Source of the DNA: Candidatus Multivoradales bacterium | GTDB lineage: Bacteria > Acidobacteriota > Thermoanaerobaculia > Multivoradales > Multivoraceae | Direction: 5' to 3' | DNA: 64,000 nucleotides | NCBI GenBank assembly: GCA_965223325.1 | Contig: CBDCWI010000002.1 | Span: 32,001-96,000 of the forward strand | In this document: positions 10,201 to 18,092 of the stretch, one piece after another | How positions within the stretch are numbered: position 1 is the first letter of the stretch | Layout: every line of letters begins with the position of its first letter | Made by a program: the position numbers and the translations under genes | The notes under the pieces: generated by a model | Database searches by the model: none | The model's input: the letters and a program-made list of their open reading frames with translations, nothing else | What the model was told of the DNA's origin: nothing

Positions 10201-11413
10201 CGAGCTCGGCAGGCTCACCGCACCGGATGTCTACCGCGAACTCCGACTCCATTCGGGAGGCTACGCCGGCGCGTCCGCCTACGCAGAAGTGCAGTACGGG
10301 CAGTTCACTGCGGGCAGTCAGAGCCGCAGGATCACCGCGGAGCTTTGGGCCGAGCGACTCGGCGAGGGCAGCACGACCGAGGAAACGCTTTTCGAAGTGA
10401 CGGCGAACTACGCGATCTACTTCGACAACGCCGACGGGCAGCTGCACGTCAAGGAATGGAACGGCGACTTCCCAGGTGACCTGGTCGACTGGACTGACTC
10501 AGGGTGGAAGCTTGATCCCGGAAACCGACGACACATTGCGCTGGTGCTCGGCGGTTCCGAGCCGATTCTGTACCTGGACGGCTCGCCGGCGTCATCCGGT
10601 ACCAGCTCAACGACGGCCGAGAGCGGCAGCCATGTTGCTCAGTCCATTGAGGTTGGCAGGGGAGGGAACGTACGCGTCTCTGAAGTGAGGGTCTGGTCGC
10701 GGGCTCGCACACCGAGCGAGATTGCTTCGAGCCGTTTCGCGCGCCTCGACGGCGAAACCGATCACCTGGTCGGCTACTGGCGAATGGACCAGGCGGAAGG
10801 TACGACAGTGCCGAACCTTGCATCGTCTCGCCACGTTACCGCCGGCGAGGATCTTCTCCTGTTTGGGTCCTCGTCCTGGGATCTCGTGGCCCGGCACAGC
10901 GAGCCATTGACTCCCGACTCCACCGAGATCGTGCCGGGTATCCATTCGAGGGTCGTGCCGATGCCTGCCGAGGTGCCACGCCAGGGCGTGGTCGTGAAGT
11001 ACCGAAAGAACTGGTCTCCGATGAGCCGGGACGACCTCCTGGGGCTGGTCACCGAGTCGCCGGCCGACGTAGAGCGCTACACCCGCGCCAGCTCTCTGGC
11101 GCGGCGCGACGTCGCGAACGACGTCACCGAGCGACACCCTTCTGCACCAGGAGCGCTGACGCTCGAGACGGCGCTTGTCGACGCGGCGGACGCCCAGGCC
11201 GCCGCGAATCTCGAGGCCGCGAACTTCGGTGTTCGCCGGCGACCGTGGAACCTTCTGTTGCACGAGGGAGCCAGTCTCGGACTGCGCGCCGGCGACGAGA
11301 TTCTGGTCAAGAGTCGCCGCGAGACTTTCGGAGTGATGGGGAAGGGTCTGGTAGTTCTAGACGACCGGCTTGATCCGTCGCGAGACGTTCTCGAACTGGT
11401 GGCGTGGGGGTAG
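7256..11413 (+). CDS. Tail tip/baseplate hub-like protein with four inserted LamG/concanavalin A-like (pentraxin) domains
   Basis: Follows TMP; four repeats of FTVxxWF..WHHxA..LYLDG..G-I-(D/E)-VR-W..L(V)GYWxMxEG interleaved with scaffold segments. Confidence 0.8.
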   Translation: MGVYLLELEVYNLETDSLEQLYLATDPWVSRPTDTPANQPYAARLERPPKISRSLYSPGTIGGRSVASAGEAWISNLDGEMDFLERCAVDSRSVRLLYHPTGKAARDEFSTVFVSTMDDVLPGHDRIVLMIRSPQFRLDESPAAPDFFLPHHTAAVFGTEAKTAQAPSVASPYNLANYTVEFRFRMQPGAAWGALVSFGRDDTNPNGQASVRIGNSSWGGGAQININGTSATYSGRSYLDGMAHHAALRRRGDDYELLIDGEMVCEATVSTTTVTNNYYTIGARKTATGLREHPEAEIWEVRTWDHGRTDEQLLSLREARLEGTEEGLRSYWRLDEGVDVTTGLVATDSNWYDPSNNSNGIFFDSGPNKHHGIFVTDGEWSSTGEGPGGVRKPLPVGHVFNLEPSLLDARAQRYAVSDGPVRHVEVTEGGRVLIDQPRIDFDGTATKVTISGSSDYAFTVSDEFTVETLFQIDDPDWAAGDIVNLLDQPGTGSANGWYLRAIKASTGKFRVFGVATTGDGSGGLTVWSNTLLSSGRRYRISFAVNAAEDRGALYLNGRLENTAEPVDPAWTGGFGLSTTDILVGVEAGGSPDYFPGKIWDLRLWETEREPDEIESWAFRPIRSAPASLVGYWRMNEGTGTTAGDLAAGANDGTITSGTWVDAQVAIDRVRGLFDLSFAPTAPIRANVEGWMPFGPSVALDGSTGRVKLVAAEIPAGSFTVAGWFRSDRSAGDAGSNQTMIYRWDANAGAFQLRLSDQSGPLENSLELALQTSTGSHTVSTSALEFEVGRWHHAAAVFDETAGEARLYLDGRLGHSESVTGTRPAHTRLINIGSGSSSNHVLGAVSDVLIATRAMDADEIAALPYTRPAPDDSALYRWLPMNEDTGTTTHDLSTNLDSGTLDGGAVWDDGVFPETPGEAIRWLVASRAALLATEVDLESLRDYDALLSSPRIGWLAEDSSVSAVLDDLLRPAGFFGFGPNGELELGRLTAPDVYRELRLHSGGYAGASAYAEVQYGQFTAGSQSRRITAELWAERLGEGSTTEETLFEVTANYAIYFDNADGQLHVKEWNGDFPGDLVDWTDSGWKLDPGNRRHIALVLGGSEPILYLDGSPASSGTSSTTAESGSHVAQSIEVGRGGNVRVSEVRVWSRARTPSEIASSRFARLDGETDHLVGYWRMDQAEGTTVPNLASSRHVTAGEDLLLFGSSSWDLVARHSEPLTPDSTEIVPGIHSRVVPMPAEVPRQGVVVKYRKNWSPMSRDDLLGLVTESPADVERYTRASSLARRDVANDVTERHPSAPGALTLETALVDAADAQAAANLEAANFGVRRRPWNLLLHEGASLGLRAGDEILVKSRRETFGVMGKGLVVLDDRLDPSRDVLELVAWG

Positions 11414-11416
11414 AGG

Positions 11417-12928
11417 ATGCTGATCTTTCCGAAGCGAAACCTCGTCGACCTTGCCGGCGACATTGGGGGTTCCGATCCGTTGCTGGTAGGGCCGGACTCC
11501 CATCCTCACTGGTTCGTGACTTCGGCGTTCACGTCGTCTCGTCTCCCTCTCACGCACCTGCAGGACCGGCGGCTGTCGAACGTGTATCGCGTTCTTTCTG
11601 CCGACAGAGCTAAGACCTTCGCCTCGATCGAGTTCGGCGGGGCGAACGCGGGACGAACCGTACGCGGCCTCGCCCTGGTCGGCCACACGCTCTCACCTGG
11701 TGCGAAGGCTCGGGTTACCGTCGCCTCTGCCGAGACCGCCGGCGAGGCGACGTATCCGCTCCGTCAGGAGAAGCCCACGAGCATCGAGGCTAACTCCGGG
11801 TACTCGTCGCCGAGTGTCAACAGCGTCGACGACGATCCAGACGACCCGGGAGCGGATCTCCTTGCTCCATCCACCGCCACGTCGACGACAGATGTCCGTC
11901 TGAGTTTCGGCACGCCAGCAAGCGGAACGGACCTTCTCAGCGGCGCGAACCTCCAACAGTTCCGGGTCCTGGTCGGGCTCGACGACGGTACTGGCGTCGC
12001 CCAGGCTGACAGCGGAGACTCGGCGACCGTGGAGATCGAGCTCTGGGAGTCCGGATCTCTGGTCTCGGCACTTGAAACCGCCTGGTCGCTGACAGCCGCC
12101 GCGGTCGACGGCGGTGAGGCCCGGAGCTTCTTCTTCGATGCCACGCTCCTTTCCAACGCGCAGGGCGCGAACGTCGAGCTACGGATTCGGTGCGTGCCAG
12201 ATGGTGGGTCCACTCTGACGGGAACTCTGATGGCTGCCATGTGGTACGCCGACCTGGACGACTACGACTACGACTCCGGCTGGCTCGACGTGTACCCGTC
12301 CGCCGCCGAGGACGTCGACCTCTGGCCCTTCGGGCGAAACTTCGTCCACGTGCTCGCCACGCCACTGGTCCTGGACTCAACCGTCCAGGTGCTCGAAGTG
12401 CGGTTCTGGGACCCGAGCAACGTGGCGGGGTTCGTGGACCTCGGACGCCTAATCGTTGGCGATGGGGTAGTCCCTGCGATGTCCTTTTCTCTCGGCCAGC
12501 CGCTCAACGTTGACGATCCGTCGCCAGGCGCGCACTCCATTGGAGGCGACTACTTCGCCGACAATCGGCGCCGGCGTCGTGGGTGGAAGTTCCGCCTGCC
12601 TGGTCTCGCGCGGGCAGGGGCTCACGAGTTGCTCGACCTATTCGCTCGAGCGGGCAACCACGGAGAGGTCGTTGTCGTCCCTTCCTCGAGTGATCCCGAT
12701 GTCTACGGATACGAGGCGGTCTACGGGCGCATCCTAGGCAGACCGTCGGTCATTCCGCTGACCCCCAATGCCCTGGGTATCTGGACTTCTCGATTCAGCG
12801 TTGAGGAGATCAACGTCCAGCTGCTCTCCGAGCAGATTGCCGGGACTGAGTCCGCCATCGTCGGCGCGCTCCTATCCGAGTCCGGTTCCCCGCTTCTAAC
12901 CGAGGGCGATAGCCCGATCCTTACCTGA
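11417..12928 (+). CDS. Phage tail tip (distal-tail-like) protein with internal insertion
   Basis: Position after hub; 'YDSGWLDV', 'DPSN.AGFVDLGRL', 'SIGG..FAD.RRRRR' segments typical of siphophage tail-tip proteins. Confidence 0.65.
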   Translation: MLIFPKRNLVDLAGDIGGSDPLLVGPDSHPHWFVTSAFTSSRLPLTHLQDRRLSNVYRVLSADRAKTFASIEFGGANAGRTVRGLALVGHTLSPGAKARVTVASAETAGEATYPLRQEKPTSIEANSGYSSPSVNSVDDDPDDPGADLLAPSTATSTTDVRLSFGTPASGTDLLSGANLQQFRVLVGLDDGTGVAQADSGDSATVEIELWESGSLVSALETAWSLTAAAVDGGEARSFFFDATLLSNAQGANVELRIRCVPDGGSTLTGTLMAAMWYADLDDYDYDSGWLDVYPSAAEDVDLWPFGRNFVHVLATPLVLDSTVQVLEVRFWDPSNVAGFVDLGRLIVGDGVVPAMSFSLGQPLNVDDPSPGAHSIGGDYFADNRRRRRGWKFRLPGLARAGAHELLDLFARAGNHGEVVVVPSSSDPDVYGYEAVYGRILGRPSVIPLTPNALGIWTSRFSVEEINVQLLSEQIAGTESAIVGALLSESGSPLLTEGDSPILT

Positions 12929-12956
12929 TTCCTCTTCTTCTAAAGGACCCCGCGAC

Positions 12957-13385
12957 ATGGACTTCCAGTATCAACCAACCGAGATCGGCGTCATCTTCCT
13001 TGCTTTCCTCGGGCTGCTCAAGCTGGTCGTCGAAATCTGGAACGCCTGGGCGGTGCGCCAGGGCAAGAAGGACGATCCCCTCACGACACTCGTCGACCTC
13101 CTGAAGACCATGACGTCGGAGGTGAAGGAGATCCGCGCGGAGGTGAACGACCTGCACGCCTGGCACAACATCGCCGACCCCAACGAGCCAACGGCGATGA
13201 ACTGGCACAACACCCAGTACGACCGGCAGAAGGTCGCTGAAATCTCAGCCAAGTCGGACCGCATTCTGGCGTCCCACGCCGACACCAGGCAGGTCGTTGA
13301 CGCGATGAATCAGGACCTGTCTCGCGTGCTGAACGAACTCGTTGCGCTGCGCGAGTCGATCGATCGCCGGGAGCATGCGAGGTGA
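12957..13385 (+). CDS. Putative holin / membrane protein (one N-terminal TM plus coiled coil)
   Basis: AAAGGA SD; TM 'IGVIFLAFLGLLKLVVEIW'; overlaps the start of the amidase gene. Confidence 0.55.
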   Translation: MDFQYQPTEIGVIFLAFLGLLKLVVEIWNAWAVRQGKKDDPLTTLVDLLKTMTSEVKEIRAEVNDLHAWHNIADPNEPTAMNWHNTQYDRQKVAEISAKSDRILASHADTRQVVDAMNQDLSRVLNELVALRESIDRREHAR

Positions 13386-13858
13386 TACGCCGGCGGTGGC
13401 AGGGGATCGTTGTGCACCACACCGCGGGGCCCGACTTGGTCACGATGGAGATGCCCTCGATCAAGCGATGGCACATGGAGGGCCGCCGCTGGCGCGACAT
13501 CGGGTACCACGCCGTTGTCGAGCGCGTTGGTTCAGACCACGTGGTGATTTCCGGTAGGCCGCTTTACGAGAACGGTGCCCACGAACCCCTCGCTAATCGC
13601 ACTCACCTGGGCCTCGCGTTTGTCGGCGACTTCAGCGATCGCGAGCCGGCGAACGACGCCCTGGTCGAAGGCGCCCGGTGGGCTGCCGGCATGGCGATGA
13701 TCTGCGGCTTCGAGCCTCGCGACATCGAACCCCACCGGAACTTCAAGGCAACGGCCTGCCCCGGCCACGAGTTTCCGATGTCGGATTTCCGCGCCCTCGT
13801 GGCGCTACACATGGGGCTCCCTGCCCCGCAACAAACGAGAGGTCAGCAACATGCCTGA
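13382..13858 (+). CDS. Endolysin, N-acetylmuramoyl-L-alanine amidase (Amidase_2 / PGRP / T7 lysozyme-like)
   Basis: 'IVVHHTA', 'WRDIGYH', 'GRP...GAH', 'HRNFKATACPG' with intact Zn ligands. Confidence 0.92.
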   Translation: MIRRRWQGIVVHHTAGPDLVTMEMPSIKRWHMEGRRWRDIGYHAVVERVGSDHVVISGRPLYENGAHEPLANRTHLGLAFVGDFSDREPANDALVEGARWAAGMAMICGFEPRDIEPHRNFKATACPGHEFPMSDFRALVALHMGLPAPQQTRGQQHA

Positions 13859-14054
13859 ACTAGACGACGCAGCAGTCGCCGAACGCATTCGCCAGGTCCG
13901 GGAGTACTTCGAGGTTGGCTCCATCGCATTCGATTCGCAGATGGAGACCGTCGTGCCCGACAAGCAAATCATCCAGGAGGCGGGCTTGCTGATGGCTGCC
14001 GTCGGCTCCCGGCTCGCCGACTGGGCCGAAAGCGAAAGCGAAGGCGGGGTCTAA
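13851..14054 (+). CDS. Hypothetical phage protein
   Basis: GAGG SD, overlaps endolysin stop, acidic 67 aa. Confidence 0.6.
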   Translation: MPELDDAAVAERIRQVREYFEVGSIAFDSQMETVVPDKQIIQEAGLLMAAVGSRLADWAESESEGGV

Positions 14055-14055
14055 A

Positions 14056-14427
14056 GTGGCCAGCGGGGCAGTGGTCGGCACGATCCTGGGCAGGATCGCT
14101 GCCGAGGTCGTGCCGGCCGTGCTCTCGCAACGCGGCAAGAAACGTCACGCCCGAATCTCGTGGATGGTGTGGGACCTGGTCCTTCGCGCCAGGCGGATGA
14201 CCGACCTACCCGGAACCTCGAGGGCCGCGTGGGTCGTAGGCGAACTCTACGAGCTCCCAACCCGAGGCGGCTGGTGGCGCCGCCGGCGTTGGAAATGGAT
14301 TCGCCGCGAGGAGATCTCCGCTGTTACCGAGCTGGTCCGGCGGGTCTACCAGGAGCAGCAGAAGCTCGGCGCCCTCGATATGGCCGATCTGCCGCCCGCG
14401 CCTCCAGGGTGCGAAAACTGCCCCTGA
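14056..14427 (+). CDS. Hypothetical lysis-module protein (hydrophobic N-terminus, C-terminal CxxC)
   Basis: Coupled to previous gene; last + strand gene before the convergent intergenic region. Confidence 0.55.
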   Translation: MASGAVVGTILGRIAAEVVPAVLSQRGKKRHARISWMVWDLVLRARRMTDLPGTSRAAWVVGELYELPTRGGWWRRRRWKWIRREEISAVTELVRRVYQEQQKLGALDMADLPPAPPGCENCP

Positions 14428-14486
14428 ATCTGTCCCATTTACCCCTAGGGTATCGGGGGAAGATTCACGGCAGTTTTGGGTGGGGG

Positions 14487-14561
14487 AAGAAAAAGTCAGC
14501 GACCCGGCGGAGCAGTCTGCTCGCACGGGTAGTTTGGAGGGAAACCCGACCCGGGCCGCTG
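14487..14561 (-). terminator. Intrinsic terminator-like three-way-junction structure ending the leftward cluster
   Basis: Minus strand: CAGCGGCCCGG / CCGGGTCGCTG 11-bp stem (one G-U) followed by ACTTTTTCTT; two internal hairpins. Confidence 0.55.
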
Positions 14562-14572
14562 TGCCCAAACCT

Positions 14573-14923
14573 CTAGGACCATCGGGATACATCGCCGGCC
14601 TCGAACCCGTCCTCGAACAACGGGCCACTTTCCGCCGGCGCCTCCTTCCAGGACGGGAAAGCGGGACGGCACCCGTGCTGGCGCTCTGCCCAGTACCTCC
14701 GGAGGACCATCGGCCCCCGGGGGCTGCGCACACTCGAGAACTCTCGCCATAGGGCATAGTTGTCGGCGTTGACGCGCTGTCCGTACTCTGAGCAGGATTC
14801 GTTCGACTGGCGCTTCCACTCGGCGGCGCCGCTTCGCGGTAGCAGCGTCGCAACTGCCAGACCTCCGATGATGCCGGCGGCTCCGAGGGCGGCGAGCACG
14901 TTCTCGCCGGCTTTGATGGCCAT
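14573..14923 (-). CDS. Small exported protein with C-terminal (I/L)FxDGFExGD tag
   Basis: N-terminal hydrophobic signal/TM, two Cys, ends 'PLFEDGFEAGDVSRWS'. Confidence 0.7.
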   Translation of the reverse strand: MAIKAGENVLAALGAAGIIGGLAVATLLPRSGAAEWKRQSNESCSEYGQRVNADNYALWREFSSVRSPRGPMVLRRYWAERQHGCRPAFPSWKEAPAESGPLFEDGFEAGDVSRWS

Positions 14924-14926
14924 CAA

Positions 14927-15493
14927 TCAGACCCCCTGATTCTTTTCGAGATAGCCCCCATACACCGCGTCCCAATCGGTTTCAGGGTCCTCGGCTGCTC
15001 TCTTGGCTGCAAGCCGCGCGAAGAAGTCAGCCTGTCGCCTTTCGTGCTCTCGGCGCACGGTCTCGCGGTAGTGCGCGAGGCGCTCGTCGTCCTCTTGGTC
15101 GCAACGGGCTCGCCACGCCGTGTGCTCCTGCGCGACGATCTCCGCCCAGTCCTCGTCGCTCGACACCTGCTCGGAGATACTCGACAGGTCGAGCCAAAGC
15201 TGTTCCAGGCGCCGCCCATCCACCACGCCAACGAGAACGGCGCGGCGCTGCCATCTCTCGCGCTCGGCGATGAACTCATCGAGCGTCGGCAACCCAGGGT
15301 CGCCGCCAGGCAGGTAGTACGACCAGGGAGGCGTTTCGTCGACCAGGTCGAGCCCCTCGAAGATCTCGTGCATCGTTCGGCCCAAGGCGCGGGTAACAAA
15401 GCGCATGTCTCGAGACTGAAAGACCCACAGCCTCCGCAGCTCAAGCAACTGCTCCTCGGTCCATTTCGTCGACGTGCCGTCACGAGGCGGCAT
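14927..15493 (-). CDS. Hypothetical protein with GcrA/Myb-like N-terminal helix-turn-helix
   Basis: 'WTEEQLLELRRLW...RALGRT' resembles the GcrA N-terminal HTH; translationally coupled on both sides. Confidence 0.55.
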   Translation of the reverse strand: MPPRDGTSTKWTEEQLLELRRLWVFQSRDMRFVTRALGRTMHEIFEGLDLVDETPPWSYYLPGGDPGLPTLDEFIAERERWQRRAVLVGVVDGRRLEQLWLDLSSISEQVSSDEDWAEIVAQEHTAWRARCDQEDDERLAHYRETVRREHERRQADFFARLAAKRAAEDPETDWDAVYGGYLEKNQGV

Positions 15494-16085
15494 CGCGATA
15501 TGTACGTCCAGCGAGGATCGCCCGCACGGTACTGTCGCCTACGCCGAGGCGCCGCGCGATGGCCCAGGGCTTCCACCCGGCGCGAGCCATTTTGAGAGCA
15601 TCTCGAGCTTGTTGGTTGGTAAGCCTGCGCCGCTTGGGCTTGCTGTAACGAGCGAGGTGGCGATGTCGGCAAGGGTGGTCAAGCACTTCATAGTGGTCTG
15701 GCTTGATGCAGCCTCGGGTGCCGCAAGTTCGGACGACATATTTGCCCTTGGGCACGGTCTCTTTCAGGGCCACGTGCATCATCCGCGTCAGGGAGTACTG
15801 GGTCGGCCTGTGCTTTCCTCGGCCGACGCTTATGCGCGGCGAAGAAGGGCCGCACAGTGCGTACGTCGTCAGCCAGTGGCCTTTGTGCTCGAACGTTCTT
15901 TGCGAGACGCGTCTGAGGATGAGTGCGCAGCGCCGCGGGTGGAGATCGTACGTTGCTGCCATTTCCATCAAACCGCCCGGCCTCACGCTTCGCTCAATCG
16001 CGTCGAACTCTTCACAGGCCTGCGCGATTAGCTCGGGTGGCATACCGATCTGGTCGAAGATCTCCTCGAGGCGGTTGCTACTCAT
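15480..16085 (-). CDS. HNH-fold (His-Cys box-type) protein with C-terminal HTH, probably nuclease-inactive
   Basis: 'VPKGKYVVRTCGTRGCIKPDHY' plus 'AIARRLGVGDSTVRAILAGRTY'; ATGA overlap with upstream stop. Confidence 0.7.
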   Translation of the reverse strand: MSSNRLEEIFDQIGMPPELIAQACEEFDAIERSVRPGGLMEMAATYDLHPRRCALILRRVSQRTFEHKGHWLTTYALCGPSSPRISVGRGKHRPTQYSLTRMMHVALKETVPKGKYVVRTCGTRGCIKPDHYEVLDHPCRHRHLARYSKPKRRRLTNQQARDALKMARAGWKPWAIARRLGVGDSTVRAILAGRTYRDAAS

Positions 16086-17321
16086 CGTCGCGCTTTCCTC
16101 TTCCGCCACCAGCTAACCAACCAGCCGACCAGGCCGGCGAGCGCCGCAGCGACCAGACCCTTCTCGAGGTCGTCGTCGTTGTCCGGCTTGGGGATCTGCC
16201 CGCTGGGCTCGGGCATGGGAACCTGCCCCTCGCGGGACAGGACCAGCCTTCCGTCGGTTCTCCAGTGCAGATGGACCTCGTGCGGGGACTGCGGACCGAA
16301 CGCCCAGGTCACCGGCTCACGGGGGCTCGTGGGCATAGCGACCAGGGACCTGCCCTGCACCTCGACGACTACAACCCCCTTGGATTTCAGCGGTGGCCCC
16401 GGAGACCCGGCCTTGATGAAAGTCGATCCGCCGTCCTTCTCGATCGCGACGATCTCTGCGGCGTCGTTCCAGCCGCGATTCATCCAGCTGACGCCCCAAG
16501 ATGCAGTTCTTCGAACGTGCAGCTCGGTGATCAGCTTGGCCGGCGGGAGTTCGTTCCAGAGTTCCACCGCTGCTTCGGGCCGGCCGTGAACAACCGCCTG
16601 ACGCAGCGCTTCTTCCATCCGGGGGCCGGCGAAGTGGGCTCGGTGCTCGAGGAGCCACTCGACCCCCGGGATGGTCCAGCCGCGGTCTGGGTCCATCTCG
16701 CCGGCGGGCAAGATCGGATCAGGTACTGCCTTGCTCTTGCGCAGTAGCTCGAGGCCGGCGAGGTTCTCGATCAGGCTCGTGACCGGAGCCCAGCCCGTGC
16801 TCACGCCCCACTTGGTTCGGAACCCGGCGGATGCCGTCCACCACCGTTGGCCGACCTTGGGTGCTCGCTTCGCGTCTTCGCTGGAGTCCAGCCAGGGGAA
16901 GGTGTTGAGCCCGTGGAGAATCGACCATCGCCGCAGCCAGGCCCGGGCATAGGCGCGGTGCCCCGCATTGCCCGAGTAGAGGAGCACGCAGAGCCACGCG
17001 ACTGCCGACCAGACCCCGTAGTTGCCTCGGTTGCCCAGCTCGCCCCCGTGCCAGCCGACAACCTGCTCGTCCCTGATCAGGACGTCGCACAGGTCGGGGA
17101 AAAGAGCCGCCAACATGGCGGCCCAGTTGTCGGACCGCCCGCCGCCGATCAGTGGTTCGCCGTCGTCGAGCTTCGCGCGGAATCGGGCGGCGATTCTCAG
17201 GACCTTCTCCCAGATCGGCTTCGGAATGTCGTCGCCTAGAAGCCGACAGCCGACCGGCTACGCCGAGAGCCTCTTCGTTCTGCCCGTGGCGAACCACGCC
17301 CTGGGCGTCGTGGTTGGCCAT
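16082..17321 (-). pseudogene. Frameshifted gene for a C-terminally membrane-anchored protein (intact 3' ORF 16082..17116)
   Basis: 3' frame stays open ~47 codons upstream of ATG 17116; AGCCGAC x2 at 17241-17254 separates it from the frame starting at ATG 17321; C-terminal TM plus RKRKARR. Confidence 0.6.
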
Positions 17322-17663
17322 AGCGATCGCGAGCCGCCGGCGTTGTTCGAGGGCTCCCCAGTCGCCATTCGGAGTCGAACCCTGCGTGCCACGTGGTGAG
17401 CAGGCCTGTTCCCGGTAGCAGGCGCTCGTATCGCTCTTGGCACGATCATGCTCTGGCCAGAAGAGCGCGATTACCCAGGCCGGGATCGTGGTGAAGCCTT
17501 CGGCCAGGCAGTCTTGGGCTGCTGGGTGGCGCCGGAGACATCGGCTCGGCTCGTCCCATCATGAAGAGTCTTCTTCCCGTGGCGGCCTCAGGCAGGCGCC
17601 ACCACGCAAGTCGCAAGCCTGATCAGGGGCGGCGCGAGGATGCGGTCCTCGAAGCTAGCTTCC

Positions 17664-18092
17664 TCACGACTCACCCCCAGATGAGTCCAGACGGCCACCG
17701 GCTTCGGCGGAGGGTGCCCCGCCGGCGGCCGCCTGGGTCTCAAGCTGGCTGCTTGTGTGTCGTTCTAGGCCGTCACCCCCGTTGTTGGGGTGGAGCGGGC
17801 AGACGACGGAGTGTTCGCGGACGATGGCGGGTTCCGGCCCTGGACCTTGCCGTCGGAATCCGCAGTCGGGCCACCGGCAGCTATCGACACGACCCCATTC
17901 GTCAGTGTCCAGTACGGCCTCGCGCAGGTACTCTAGGAACACGGTGATGCTCACCCCAGCCGGCCAGTCTGGTGGTAGCGCCGCCACCGGCCGTCGCGGA
18001 GACGAGTGGAGGTGCCGGCAGTTGTCGCACTCGACACCGGGCAGGTGGGAGCAACTCACAATCGCGACACCCGTGGGCCACTGGTGGGCCAC
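17664..18092 (-). CDS. Cys/His-rich hypothetical protein (possible Zn-binding)
   Basis: CSH..CDNC..H, CRWPDC, HSVVC..H motifs; start uncertain (GTG 18092 or 18059). Confidence 0.5.
   Translation of the reverse strand: MAHQWPTGVAIVSCSHLPGVECDNCRHLHSSPRRPVAALPPDWPAGVSITVFLEYLREAVLDTDEWGRVDSCRWPDCGFRRQGPGPEPAIVREHSVVCPLHPNNGGDGLERHTSSQLETQAAAGGAPSAEAGGRLDSSGGES

Noticed and set aside
7256-12928. Diversity-generating retroelement acting on tail genes
   Set aside because: No reverse transcriptase and no TR/VR pair seen in the window; cannot be excluded for the part of the prophage outside it.
17258-17449. Stop-codon readthrough (TAG 17258) joining the 63-aa ORF to the 344-aa ORF
   Set aside because: TAG is used as a normal stop throughout the phage; the 7-bp duplication explains the break more simply and gives a more protein-like sequence.
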